Of a stretch of 64,000 nucleotides of DNA, positions 19,880 to 32,600 are shown in pieces; the stretch's first letter is position 1; every line of letters begins with the position of its first letter. Source of the stretch: Branchiostoma floridae. Its lineage: Eukaryota. A program made the position numbers and the translations under genes. The DNA lies in assembly GCF_015852565.1 (NCBI RefSeq), contig NC_136191.1, forward strand, positions 11,912,578 through 11,976,577, in the 5' to 3' direction. A model generated the notes under the pieces. It was not told the origin of the DNA. It was given only the letters and a program-made list of their open reading frames with translations, and made no database searches.

Positions 19880-22393
19880 GTAAGCAGTTATTAAGAATAC
19901 TTTATTGACAGGAGAAAAATGTTCATGGTAGAAGTAACACCTTTTTAATTTGTGGGGAGGGGGGGCGTCCACAACAGAACGCTGATATAGATTTAACCGT
20001 TATATATATAATTTGAGAGATGACTGCCGTTTGACCTAATGTACATATTATTGTTTTACAGTCAGGAAAATATTTTCCATGCAGCTGGACTTTTGGGAAA
20101 GCACTTAACACGACTTTCCTATATAGGCTACAAAAGTCTTCAGCAAATTGAACTTGGTAGCCTCAAAAACGGAAGAAGGAAGAATGATGCAGGCTCCTGG
20201 CTGTAGTAAATTATTATCGTTAACGTTACATAAAATGTGTAACGTGACATGTTTCCATACCCACATTTTGTTGTCAAATGTTTAAGCCACTGCAGTAAGA
20301 TCGCTAGCAACCCAGAGCCCAGACCATGGTGTACCAGACACAGAGGATAATGACATCATCAATCCAAACTTCATCAACCGCAATCCTCGCAACCTGGAGC
20401 GGATGGGCCTGGGTAGGAAGGAGCGGGGATGGAAGACAACCTGGCCCAAAAAGGAGTGCTGGCATAGGTACGTGATTGTGACATGTCTCTGTAATTATAC
20501 AGTATACTACTAGTAGGCTAGCTATCAAGCCTTATCACACAATATCAGACCATGAATACAGTCTAAACTAATCAAGAAGACTATTCAAGAGACCAAAATA
20601 TCGTAATGGCAATTTTAATTTTTTTTAGCCTATGTCACAGTAACCATTCTGCAGCTGAGTATAGGTTGGCTGACAATGGAAGAAACAAAAAGAACACAGC
20701 TGCAGGCCAGTAGGCCATTAAAAACATTATCTTTTCATTCGGAAACATAATGACAACCAAACAGTGCTCACATTAGCCATATGATCAATATGTAGAGGTG
20801 CCCACTTTGCACAGGTTTGACTGATACTTGTCTTGTAAAGTTGATGATCTCAACCCTAACTCTGCAGAAAAGAGGTTTCGAAGGAATAACGTGTTTGTTT
20901 TTTCTGTCTCCAAGGTGTCATTTTGTGAAGAGTAAACGTTATGTGACTGGGTATGTTCAGCACCACAACGGACACATTGTTGCATCCGCCTCGTCCTTTG
21001 AGTGGCCCATAAGGAAACACCTGTACAGCACCAGGTAAGTTTCCTATAGCTTATCATAGGAATAATTTTGCTTTCGTGTTCCACCAAGTTGTAGAGTGAG
21101 AGGGGCACACACCCTCAGAGTTAATGACCATCTCTTCCAGGAAATGCCTTTATTTATTTATTGATCTTATAGGGTGGTCCCTTCAGTCAGCAGACTGATT
21201 TCCAAGGGAGCCCTGTGACAATCAACATATACAATAACCATACAAGCAGAAAAAGTTGTGTATGGGAATGAAGGATATCCCTTCAAACTCTCCAGCTCTA
21301 GTAAATCATAGGGTAAAAACGTATTTTTGGCATAGCAACATGGTGAACGGTGGACGGTGAATCTGTGGCAAAAGATGCAAATTACTTTCCGCATGGAAGA
21401 TTACCCGAAAGTCAGACTTGGGCCCAATATTAATTTTTACCCAAAACACATCACTTCTTTCTCTTGTCAGTCATGTTACTATCTAGACTATAATGTCATT
21501 TTGCAGCAGATTATAACTTAAGCCTGGATCCTCAAAACCCTTTCTACACCTTTATTGCCATGCACTTTGAACCCTGCCATTGAAGAATTGGAATGTGCAC
21601 CCTTAAGTAAATCAGGGTAGCCTCAATCTGTAGCTTCTTCTTTGACTTTTCTAGTAAATTTAGTATCCCAGCCTTTGTCTACTTGAATATCAAAGGTGTT
21701 CCAGTGCTGAAATCTGAATTAATCTTGTTTCAGTGACGTTTCTGCAGCGGAGAACATCGGCCATGTCCTAGCGCAGCGGTGCCTGGAGGCAGGGATCCAC
21801 TTCATGGAGTTTGACGATGTTCCTCACAAGTTAGAGTCTGAAACGGTGAGGGGGCCATCTTGTACAGTTTTGTAGCACTGTATGCTGCATAGATCAGTCT
21901 AATGACAATTCAATGATTTAAAACACTTAGGTTGTTAATTCTCAGACTTAATAGTCTGATCAGAATATCTGTCTCTTAATACATGTGATTCAATGAACAG
22001 ATTTCTGTGAAATTTTCCTCATGTCAGAATGTCTTAAGTGGGTTTATTCACTTTCATACTCCTTAAGAGCATAATGTATTGCACTGCACTATTCGCTTTT
22101 GATGTCCTTTCCTAAAAGTTATTCCTTTATTCCATGGTGTATTTATTCTCCCGTGATTCTTCCAAGCTTCATATGTCAATACTAACTCAGGTGTTCAAAG
22201 TTAATTGTTAATACCCCCGGTATTAATACACTGTTTTTTTACCCCACAGGTACAGAGATTCCAACAGGCCATGGTAGATGGAGGAATGAATCTGTCAGAG
22301 CCAAGAAGAATTTACGAACACAAACATCTGTTCAAGGAAACAGACTATGATGCAGAAGATTATAACACGAAGGAAGCAGAGATTGAACAATAG
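19723..22393 (+). CDS. MRPL18: Mitochondrial ribosomal protein L18 (uL18m) orthologue, 5 coding exons.
   Basis: The translated exons align from memory to human MRPL18: NRNPRNLE...RKERGW; HHNGHIVASASSFEWPIRKHLYSTR matches [44 protein letters not shown] matches [27 protein letters not shown]-like EPRRIYE. The N-terminus is a basic presequence. Junctions are phase-consistent. Confidence 0.85.
20296..20467 (+). CDS. MRPL18: MRPL18 exon 2
   Basis: ...DTEDNDIINPNFINRNPRNLERMGLGRKERGWKTTWPKKECWH; donor |GTACGT. Confidence 0.7.
20915..21034 (+). CDS. MRPL18: MRPL18 exon 3
   Basis: RCHFVKSKRYVTGYVQHHNGHIVASASSFEWPIRKHLYST; CAG|GTAAGT. Confidence 0.8.
21734..21845 (+). CDS. MRPL18: MRPL18 exon 4
   Basis: [46 protein letters not shown]. 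Confidence 0.8.
22250..22393 (+). CDS. MRPL18: MRPL18 exon 5 (stop)
   Basis: VQRFQQAMVDGGMNLSEPRRIYEHKHLFKETDYDAEDYNTKEAEIEQ*. Confidence 0.8.
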   Translation, partial: VQRFQQAMVDGGMNLSEPRRIYEHKHLFKETDYDAEDYNTKEAEIEQ

Positions 22394-22959
22394 AGCAATC
22401 TATAGATCTGTTACTAACGACAATAGATGTAGACAACAAGATTTTTGATAAACATGAAAGATGCCTTTAGAAATCAGCAACAAATTTAAAAACTGGATGG
22501 TTTAAAACTTTAAATGATACATGACACGTATGACTATGAAAATCTAAGAGTGTTCAAGAATGTATGTGTATTGCCAAGAATAAAACTGGATGTAATACAA
22601 CCAGTATATCAAGTTGGTTTCCTATTGCCTTAAACATTTATCTATTAAAACTAAGGTATCTCACTTCTCAGTTATTCAAGAAAATAATTTAGTCTATTTA
22701 TAGACTCTAAAGCTTAAAAATGTTTGGTTTCTGAAAAACTATCACTTTCACAGCTTTTAGGCTTCTTGCAACTGGTAGCTAGGGAAGATGGGGGCATGTC
22801 TATGTACATATATGTCTTGCTCAAACCTTTTAACAGCCTTTTCCACTGTTGGTGTTAAGACTTGCTTGATCCTTGAGTACAAGGGGGAATTAAGATTGAT
22901 GAGTTCAGGCATTTATGTCCCTTTTGCTTCGTGCATCACCGTTCTTTCAAGGATACAAC

Positions 22960-23215
22960 AGGTAACACTGCTTTTATTAAGGAGAATACTTACTGGTGAT
23001 GTAGTGTTTCAGGATCCCCATTGTGGATCACAAGGTTGTGGGTTCAAATCCCAGCCTAGCCATCAGAGTTCTGCAGCCTTAATTAAGGTACATCAACCAC
23101 CACTATCATCACAACCTCCACTTAACAGAGACAGGTATGCGACAGTACTTCATGGAACATCGAGTGCTTGTAAGGTCTCCTGTACCAAGTGAAAAGTGGC
23201 TCGATTCTGCAGAGA
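22960..23215 (+). mobile_element. tRNA-derived SINE-like element in the MRPL18-MVP intergenic region.
   Basis: ...ggatccccattgtggatcacaaggttgtgggttcaaatcccagcctagccatcagag... Confidence 0.4.
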
Positions 23216-24639
23216 ATTTGGTGAGTGCATATTTTGTGTTGGAACAAGATTTAGAGTTGATCTCCAAGAAAATGCTGAAACTATGAAAGGCAAAATCAAT
23301 TACAATGTAATGCAAGAAACATAACATTTTTCTTTTGGGTGGGTGGGGGTTGGGGAGGTTCACTTAAGTATGGTAGGTGGCTTACCCAAAATTCGGTCCC
23401 GAAGTGATGCACATGTAAGTTTTCTTTGCACCTCACAATTTTTAAAACAACTAATTAAGTAACTTGCAAGCGCAATCCTTATCATACCATGACACTGAAT
23501 AATACATTTATACTTTAAGATATATTTCAACAGAAAATTATCTAGGAAAGCGCCTCTCTTAAAATTTTGACTTCTGACATTACTTTACAACGTTTTCTGT
23601 AACACTAGTATTTGTGTTAGAACCCTTAACATCCAGGACACGACATTGCATCTGATGATAGCTCCTTAGCAACCACATGTCATTTTTTGTTTACACCCTT
23701 GCATGTACACACATGGAGCTTATAAGATGGGCCCCTAACATAGGAATGCATGCGTATGTTTCCTATTCATTTCTGATGACAACACGAAGTCTTTTTGTTG
23801 AGATGTCATGCCGGCCACGCTTGCAAGAGTTGCACAACAAGTTGCAAGTTCTATTCATGTAGCTGACTCATGACAAAGCCCCTTGCGTAGCAGTGTTGGG
23901 GATTTAACCCAATTATCAACTCGACCAATGACGTCGCGAGTTTGTGACCATGTGATGAAAATCCGTAACTCCTATTGGTCAGTATCAGATAGATTACCTG
24001 CCACGCCCCCATATACTTGTATTTACATCACTTCCTTGTCGGGGGTGTGTTACTGAGCTGAGCTGCCGAGACGCTGCAGGTTTGAACAAGTTTTATTACT
24101 CCCCTTTTCGTGTTTCTGCGGTAGATGTTACAGTAGCATTGTCATAAGGCACCTAAGGCCATTGCTCGGGATAGAACATGGACTAAACTTGCAGCGCTTT
24201 GTGGCAAACGTCCCTCCATGTACCCGCCTTGTTCGACCATTTTGTAGCTTTTCAAAAGAGGAACAAACTGGTTCTGGTAGACATTCATTAGATAATACGG
24301 TATTCTGTATGCGAACGGTTCCCGTTTCGTGTCATTCTAACACAAACTTCCGCTGATGCCTGTTAATGCCATGTCATAAATATAGAGGATCTTATGACTT
24401 TGTTGTGTTGTATAAACTAAGGTTACCCTCAAGAAAATTGCAGGTGATTGCATGGAACCTGCTAGTGTTTAATAGTTCAGGAAGAACATAACACAACTTA
24501 TTTCTTGACGGGAATCGGTAATTTTATTTGCTTATCTAGGTGAAATAATTGGCAGATTTTCAATGATCCATCTATTCTCACAGAACAGTCATGTGGCAGA
24601 TCAGCATGGCTTTAGTAGTTAGTAATCTTATCTTAAAGC

Positions 24640-24668
24640 TCGATGACGTCAGTGTGACGTCAAATGTT
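24640..24668. promoter_or_regulatory. Two adjacent full palindromic CRE-like sites (TGACGTCA), about 1.8 kb upstream of the MVP ATG.
   Basis: cgaTGACGTCAgtgTGACGTCAaatg. A CCAAT / ATTGG / TGACGTC cluster also lies at 23915-23985. Their function is inferred from sequence only. Confidence 0.25.
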
Positions 24669-26463
24669 TTTCACTCCAGACTATTTGCTTTGAGAGATTT
24701 TTAAGGGTGTTGCATGTGTTGATGCAATAGCTATTTCACCTGTGAACCTTTTAAAATCCATGAAAAACTTGTTCTTTTTAAAGAGCCCCACAGCATAAGG
24801 TAAGAAATGAGGTTATCTAAGGAGGTTATCATCTCTGTGGATTTTAATCCAAAGGAAGATAGGGATTTCAAAGATGCATAATGATAAGTGATGATTTGAA
24901 TTTATAACTGGGAATGCAAATCATCAGATGTTTGGAAAACCATCAAAAGTTTCCTGTAAGAATACTAATGTGCTTAGAATTTCTTAAACTTGTCTATCAA
25001 GATCCACTCAGCTCACAAAGGTCACAGACTGACATTTATTCGGTCATTGACGTGCTGCACTACTTGTATTCATATGCAAATTATCTTCCTACATACAGTA
25101 CCTAAAAGCTATTGGAGGGGCATTGTCATAACTCCGCATTTATGGACTGTGTTTTAGTCTGCAGTTTTTACTTAAGTTAAAAATTAGGTCCCAAACCTGT
25201 AACCTTTGATGGCCTCATTGATGGAATATTTAAAAACAGCAGATATGAATATCTCATGACCAGAGAAGGAATGACAGATATGAATGAAATAGAATAAGCA
25301 GAAGCTTTGTGAAGCAATATAATCTTTGCAATCATTATCCCTATGTCAATCTATTGATTCATACATTTGGTACAAATTTTGAAGGATAAGCAGTGATGCA
25401 CTCCTAATTAGTCTACTGTAGAAAATTTTGAATATTCCTAATATCATTTTCCTACAACCATCAGCTAGTTAAGTTCAAAGGAACTGGGAACATGGGGAGG
25501 TAAAAAAAAAGGTCATGTTTGCCCTACGTGTACAATGTATGACAAACAGGTGATATTTGTTATTTGCGAAGACTAGCCCCGCCCACGCACACCTTTGTGT
25601 GACGACCCCTGGTCACAGATCCTGATTGTATTCAGACACAAAGGTACGGCTTTGTGCATGCCATTCCAGACCTCTGTAGTGTGCAGTAACTGGGGAAGAA
25701 TTAGGTTGGTCAAGCATCATTGGATATAGATTCAGTCCAGTTGGTACAAGGCTACCTTGGTAGGGCAGGGTTACATGTGCTAGCCTCAGATCCAGCCGTA
25801 TTAGCATAATTATCCTCTCCCAACTGTCAGTTGAGGAGCAGCCACACTCATAAGGCCGGATTTCAGGCTATAGCAGGTGCAGCTTTGGGGTACTGTAATT
25901 CACTTTGTCTTCACTGTACCAAACTTTCACGGTCTGAGAAAATTTAACTTGTTCTCGGAACTAAATGTTCACTATCGCAGCAAGTGCACATACAAAAAGT
26001 CAGTAATGATAAGTTCACGTTACAGTCGTCTCCGTGAAAACCGTGAACATAACAGTACATTGAAAAAATCAGGAATTACAGTATGTGGTAAAATGATATT
26101 TGTTTACATATTGAGGTAAATCAGTACTTTCTGGTATGAAACAGGTAATACATTTGTACCATCAAACTAAGGTAAACCCATGGTTACTGTTGTGTTGTAT
26201 AGTATTATCTCCAGCCACTACCTTCTTTTCGAAAGCATAATTATGACAGATGTGTATAATGACAAATGTAATTTGTGTATACAATGAGATATGATGTATG
26301 TTGATGATATTTGGGGACAGAACATACATGGTAAACTACAAGCATAATCATATTTCTCCCAGGATGGAATTCACAGTTGGTTCAAATTTGTCGCATCACA
26401 TTATCCGATATGTCAAATCTCTTTTTATTCCCAGTATCATAATCTGGACAACAATCAGCAACA

Positions 26464-26621
26464 ATGACGGACAGGAAGCAGGGTCGGTTTTCCGGAGGGA
26501 ACTCGGAGGAGTCCATCTTCCGCATCCCTCCGTTCTACTACATGCACGTACTGGACCAGAACCTCAACGTCACCAGGACAGAGGTTGGGCCCAAGACTTA
26601 CATCCGACAGGACAATGAGAA
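26464..26621 (+). CDS. MVP: MVP exon 1
   Basis: [52 protein letters not shown]; donor AA|GTATGT. Confidence 0.85.
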
Positions 26622-29600
26622 GTATGTACTGATACTTAAAAACCTCTAAACATTCACAGTACAATTAACATTAACCCTAAAGGCATCGAGTAAGCATGCA
26701 TCAGCCCACACCCACTTTTGACATTCATTTGCGTCATCAATACGTTGAGAACTACATTTTGTACACAAGCTGTATTAATTCTTATCTACAAAAGCGTAAA
26801 GCAAAATGACAATTCTTTGTATCCAGATCAATGATAAAAAACATAACATTTTGAAGTAAAAGGTCCATGTTTCTAAAGAATTGCATGAATTTGTATACTG
26901 AATAATTTATTGTGTAATAACATTACATTGTTCTGCAGTCAATACCATTTTGGAAATTGGGTTTGATGAATAACATTTTTGAACTGGGAAACCTTGAGAA
27001 AACCTTGTTAATAAAGGTTTTTGTTCCATGATGCCCCCATGATGTAATGTTGGCATGGCAGGGTACAATATCATGTTCTTTTTTGGGAATTGTGCCAAAT
27101 TGTAAGGGGTAACTCATTAGTGTGTAGCCTAGGAATATGATACTAAATGTATTATGAAAAAAAGGGTGATTTTGTATTAGAATACCTTATGCACAATACC
27201 ACCCATTTTTTTCATAATAAAAACCTGACGTTGTGCATGTATATGCTTTTTGCTCAAATTTAGTCATTTAACATTATACATTATCAATAAGAAGATAACA
27301 AAATGTTGTAAATATCTTACCAACTTACATTATTGTGAGCTGAAATATGTTTGTTTATTTTGCTGTCTCCAGAGTTGTGCTTCCTCCAGAGAAGATGATC
27401 ACGGTGCCGCCGCGCCACTACTGCGTGGTGGAGAACCCCGTGGTGCGTGGCGAGGACGGCGCGCCCGTGTACGACACCAGCGGACAGGTGAAGCTGGTCC
27501 ACGCAGACCTGGAGATCCGCCTGGCGCAGGACCCCTTCCCACTCTTCCCTGGAGAAACTCTCAAACAGGTGGGTTTATACTATATGGCACAGGACCCCTT
27601 CCCACTCTTCCCTGGAGAAACACTCAAACAGGTGGGTTTATACTATATGGCTCAGGACCCCTTCCCACTCTTCCCTGGAGAAACACTCAAACAGGTGGGT
27701 TTATACTATATGGCACAGGACCCCTTTCCACTCTTCCCTGGAGAAACACTCAAACAGGTGGGTTTATACTATATGGCACAGGACCCCTTCCCACTCTTCC
27801 CTGGAGAAACACTCAAACAGGTGGGTTTATACTATATGGCACAGGACCCCTTCCCTCTCTTCCCTGGAGAAACACTCAAACAGGTGGGTTTATACTATAT
27901 GGCACAGGACCCCTTCCCTCTCTTCCCTGGAGAAACTATCAAACAGGTGGGTTTATACTATAAGGCACAGGACCCCTTCCCACTCTTCCCTGGAGAAACA
28001 CTCAAACAGGTGGGTTTATACTATATGGCACAGGACCCCTTCCCTCTCTTCCCTGGAGAAACACTCAAACAGGTGGGTTTATACTATATGGCTCAGGACC
28101 CCTTCCCTCTCTTCCCTGGAGAAACACTCAAACAGGTGGGTTTATACTATATGGCACAGGACCCCTTCCCTCTCTTCCCTGGAGAAACACTCAAACAGGT
28201 GGGTTTATACTATATGGCACAGGACCCCTTCCCACTCTTCCCTGGAGAAACACTCAAACAGGTGGGTTTATACTATATGGCACAGGACCCCTTCCCACTC
28301 TTCCCTGGAGAAACACTCAAACAGGTGGGTTTATACTATATGGCACAGGACCCCTTCCCACTCTTCCCTGGAGAAACACTCAAACAGATGGGTTTATACT
28401 ATAAGGCACAGGACCCCTTCCCACTCTTCCCTGGGGAAACACTCAAACAGGTGGGTTTAGAGGAAGGAATCATGAAGGAAAGCACTGTGTCTGTACATGT
28501 GGTGTACGACCACAAACTACTATATATACTTTTTCACCCTTCTCTTAGTCCTAAGCATAGCAATGCATTAAGCCATAGAATGCCCTTTACATTTTAACGC
28601 ACATTGGTTCTGACCAGAATTGTTCAACCAGAAGTTCTAAAGGAAGTCAGGACCAACTATTTTCTACCTGAGTCAACATATATAATCAAAGGTATCATGA
28701 GGGACCATAAATTTGATACCCCTTTAATTTGACACTTATGAGTACCTAGTGCCACTTAAAATCCAGCAGGGCAATGCTAAAATCCGTTAATTGCATAATT
28801 TCCGAGATGAGCAAAGTACCAAACTTAAAAAGGTACATTTTTGTATGTATGTGAGGTCCTGAGGGTTATATATTAAATGTAAGCCTGTATTGGATAAGTG
28901 TCAAAGGGCAAAGGACAAAATCAATTGTGATGTGATGTAGAATCACCCTTTGTCCCCTTCCCAAAGGTTGTTGTGCAAAAGATTAGAGATGGCCCGGTGA
29001 ACTTCAGGTTAAAGGTTACCAGACAAAGATGATAAAATTGAATAACAATACTTGTGATGCATTGACTTACAGAAATATAATGCAATGAAACTTTGGACCA
29101 TTGGAATAATCTCCAATCAGCTAGACATTTACAGAGGTCTAATGTATATTCTATAAGAAGTTTGTGTCTAAGATCTAGTTTATGCATTATCAATCATTTT
29201 TTGTTAGACTTGTTAGAAAAGTAACAACACTTTTTGACAGTTGTGAATACAGATAATGCTAGTTCACCTTTATTCATTGGGTAAGCTATATCCATTGCTT
29301 TAGAAAACAGGGTAGCTTGGGCACATCAAGTCGACGGTTGGTAGTTTAAACTGCAATATCCTCAAAATGTCGCAATTTGAAACCAATGTCCATCGACATG
29401 ATATCCACAAATACCCTGTTTTTAAAAGCAGGATATAGGTAACTCAACGGATAAAGGTGAACTAGCGTTACATGTTGTATACCTTCTCCCTTCTGTCTAA
29501 CCCAGTAATCGAGTACAGATTCTGTTCCAAAAGGCTGCCAGGGCAGGGAAAACATTGACAGATACATTTTGTTCATGATTGTTCCCCCTTCCAGAATGTG

Positions 29601-32600
29601 ACAGCCCTGAAAGTTGTCTCTGCGGACACTGCCCTGAGGCTGCGGGCAGTGCTGGACCTGGAAGACCAGACTGGACAGAAGAGAGTGGCAGGAGATGAGT
29701 GGCTCTTTGAAGGACCAGGTTAGATACTTCTTATGCAATAGACAGTGGCATCAAAACTGGAATCATTGAAAATGCTATCTTAAGAGCATTCAAAAATTCC
29801 AGAAGATTTACTAGATATTTGGTGGGTATACTTTCAAACTGTGTTCCAAATTCCTGCATGTAATCCAAAGAGAAGACCTTTTTTTAATATCCCTTAAAGC
29901 GCGGTCACATTGAGTTGGTGCAATTGTCCTACGATCGCTAACTTGGGGCATGTTTTAGGACAACCATGCATGTGTCCTACAATGTTCAGCTGTCTTGTTG
30001 CATAAAACGCTCTCTTGGATCCTTGTGGGTGTTTAACTTTGTTACTGCCTGTTTAAAAATCCTATTATCAAAATCGTACGACGATCGAACGACCTACATG
30101 TGACCGCACCCTTACCATTGATTTCTCCTCATGTCACCACGTCTTATGATGGATCTCTTCCTTTCCAATAGGCACGTACATTCCAAGGAAGGAGGTTGTA
30201 GTAGACGAGACAGTCCGTGCGACCGTGATTCTGCCTAACCAGGCCATCAAGCTGAGGGCTCGCAAGGAGACAGAAGACCGTGATGGCAACCACAGGGTCA
30301 CAGGTGACATTGCAAACCCTAACTCAGATTGTTTTAACATCTCAAGACATGTTGAAATCATCTCAAGATTTTGCACAAAATTTCAAGATGTTTAGAAATA
30401 AATTCTATCATTAACGAAGCACAAAGACATCTGCAAGGATCATGATAACATGGACGGCTGTGAGGAAATATAAGATTCATATTACCGGTAAGCATATGGC
30501 TTAACAAAGTCTTTGATGCAAAAGGTTGAAGCATTAGTTCAAGAGACACAATATAAGTTTAAGATGACTGATGTTTTTACTGAAGCCTGTTGATGATAGT
30601 GCATACAACAGTTTTTGGTTTTGTCCCCACAGGTGAGGAGTGGGTGGTGAAGAAGGTGGGAGCTTATCTGCCTGGTGCATATGAGGAGGTGGTTGACGTT
30701 GTGAACGCCTACGTCCTGACAGAAAAGGTATCTTGGAAACAGATTTTCTTCAAACTGTATTTTTACTATGTGCAAACCAATCTCATTTACCTGCCCGCAT
30801 TATTCCAAATCTGGAGTTTGATGTCAAATAAAAACAGAATTGTGGAAAAAATGTGACATATGAGTTAATTGGAATCAGTCATTTCAATCTAGTAGCTGCA
30901 GATTTTTTGCCAGAGGATTTGTTGCTGGTTTACTTCTTTCACTTTTCACTGCTGACCATGAGTTTTGTTAAATGTGTTTTACAGAAAGCCCTGCACATGC
31001 GAGCACTGCGGACCTTCAAGGACTTCAAGAACCAGACCAGGAAGAGTGGTGAGGAGTGGCTCATCACCATGCAGGACACCGAGACTCACATCCCTGACGT
31101 TTATGAGGAGGTAGGGGAGTCGGACTGTCATTTAGCCATTGGAGCTGTAGTTATAATGCATGTTTGACAAATAACCTTACAGGCCATACAAATATCATCA
31201 CAACAGTGGGCTATGACCAATACAACTGCAAAAAGGCTACCTTTCGTTGGCAAGCAAAAGGTGCAAACAACCTTAAGTTAGACAGTATTTAGGACATGAA
31301 ATGTAAAATATAGAAAATATGAAAATCGAGCTGATGAGTCCAGATTTCAGTATCCATGTTTATTTCACAGGTTGTTGGAGTGATTAACATCACAACCCTG
31401 AGCAACCGCGAATACGCCGTGATCGTGGACCCTGTAGGGGAGGATGGGAAACCCCAGTTGGGCCAGCGGAAGCTTGTTAAGGTCAGTCCCTATATTGCAC
31501 ACATCCGACAGCAAAAGAATTCCTCTTCATGTTACGAAGGTTTGACTAGCTGTGAGCTAGTTTGCATGTTTGCGTCTGAGAAAAAGATAAAAGCATTTCG
31601 CTTATCTACATCATCAAACAATGTCAAGCATTAAACGTAACTATCTTTCCAATCAATATTAACCTTTTGGTGACAAATTGTGTTGAAGTGTTTTTCTTCA
31701 TTAGGATTAAGAAAACCCCAAGGAAAAGCTATATGTCATCAACCAAGATGTTTCTGTATGTTTCAGGGGGAGAAGTCGTTCTTCCTGCAGCCAGGAGAGA
31801 CCCTTGAGGACGGGATCCAGCCCATGTACATCTTGGAAGAGGACGAGGGTCTCATCCTTAAGGCTAATGAAGCCTTTAAGGACATGGATGCTGTAAGAAC
31901 AAATTTGTTCTATATAAATAATTTCAAAAAGTGATTTCAAGTTTTATCAGGTGCAATATCAGGATTTCACTTCAGCGACAGGTGTTTTTCTGTGAGGTAT
32001 TTCATAGCAAGTCTGTTTTACTCAGAATGACGATGAAGAAGCTGAAGAAGTGTCGTCCGAACCTGGCGCCAAGAAAACACTGGTGACTACAGCAGCTGAA
32101 TCTGTAGCTTGGCTTGAGTTTGCGGTGTAATGGCATGGAAAATAAAACTCACAGTATTTGACTGGATTGTCAATGGCAAATCATGTACAACTCTGTTTTG
32201 ATTGCTTCCAGTGTCCTTTTGGGTTGTCAAATGGTGCTATGATTTAATCCTGTTTGCCTGGTGTTCTTCCATTTTTTTTTTTACAGTCAAACTTTTATGC
32301 TTCATTGATTTGCCCATGTTCTGTCATGTGTTTGGTGTCAAGTGATGATAAGAATTGTACAATCTCTGATTCTGTTAGTCTATCAAAAACTGACAAGAAT
32401 ATCGTAATGCCTGTAGATTGCTGTGGACTTATATTATCTGTTTAAGGTTTGTTAGTGAAAAATTGCTATGAATCAACTAGGTCACCGTATAATCACTAAC
32501 GTTGCACATTTTACCCAAGCCATTTTGATAGTGCAATGGCATGCTAATCACTTCTTGTGATTCCTGCAGCCTCCAATGTCTTAATCTGCTCTTTCCATAC

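Noticed and set aside
27250-28597. Long + strand ORFs of 237 and 416 aa with perfect 21-aa repeats.
   Set aside because: They are read-through of the 63-bp intronic minisatellite. Only the first 196 nt (27373-27568) is the genuine MVP exon 2.
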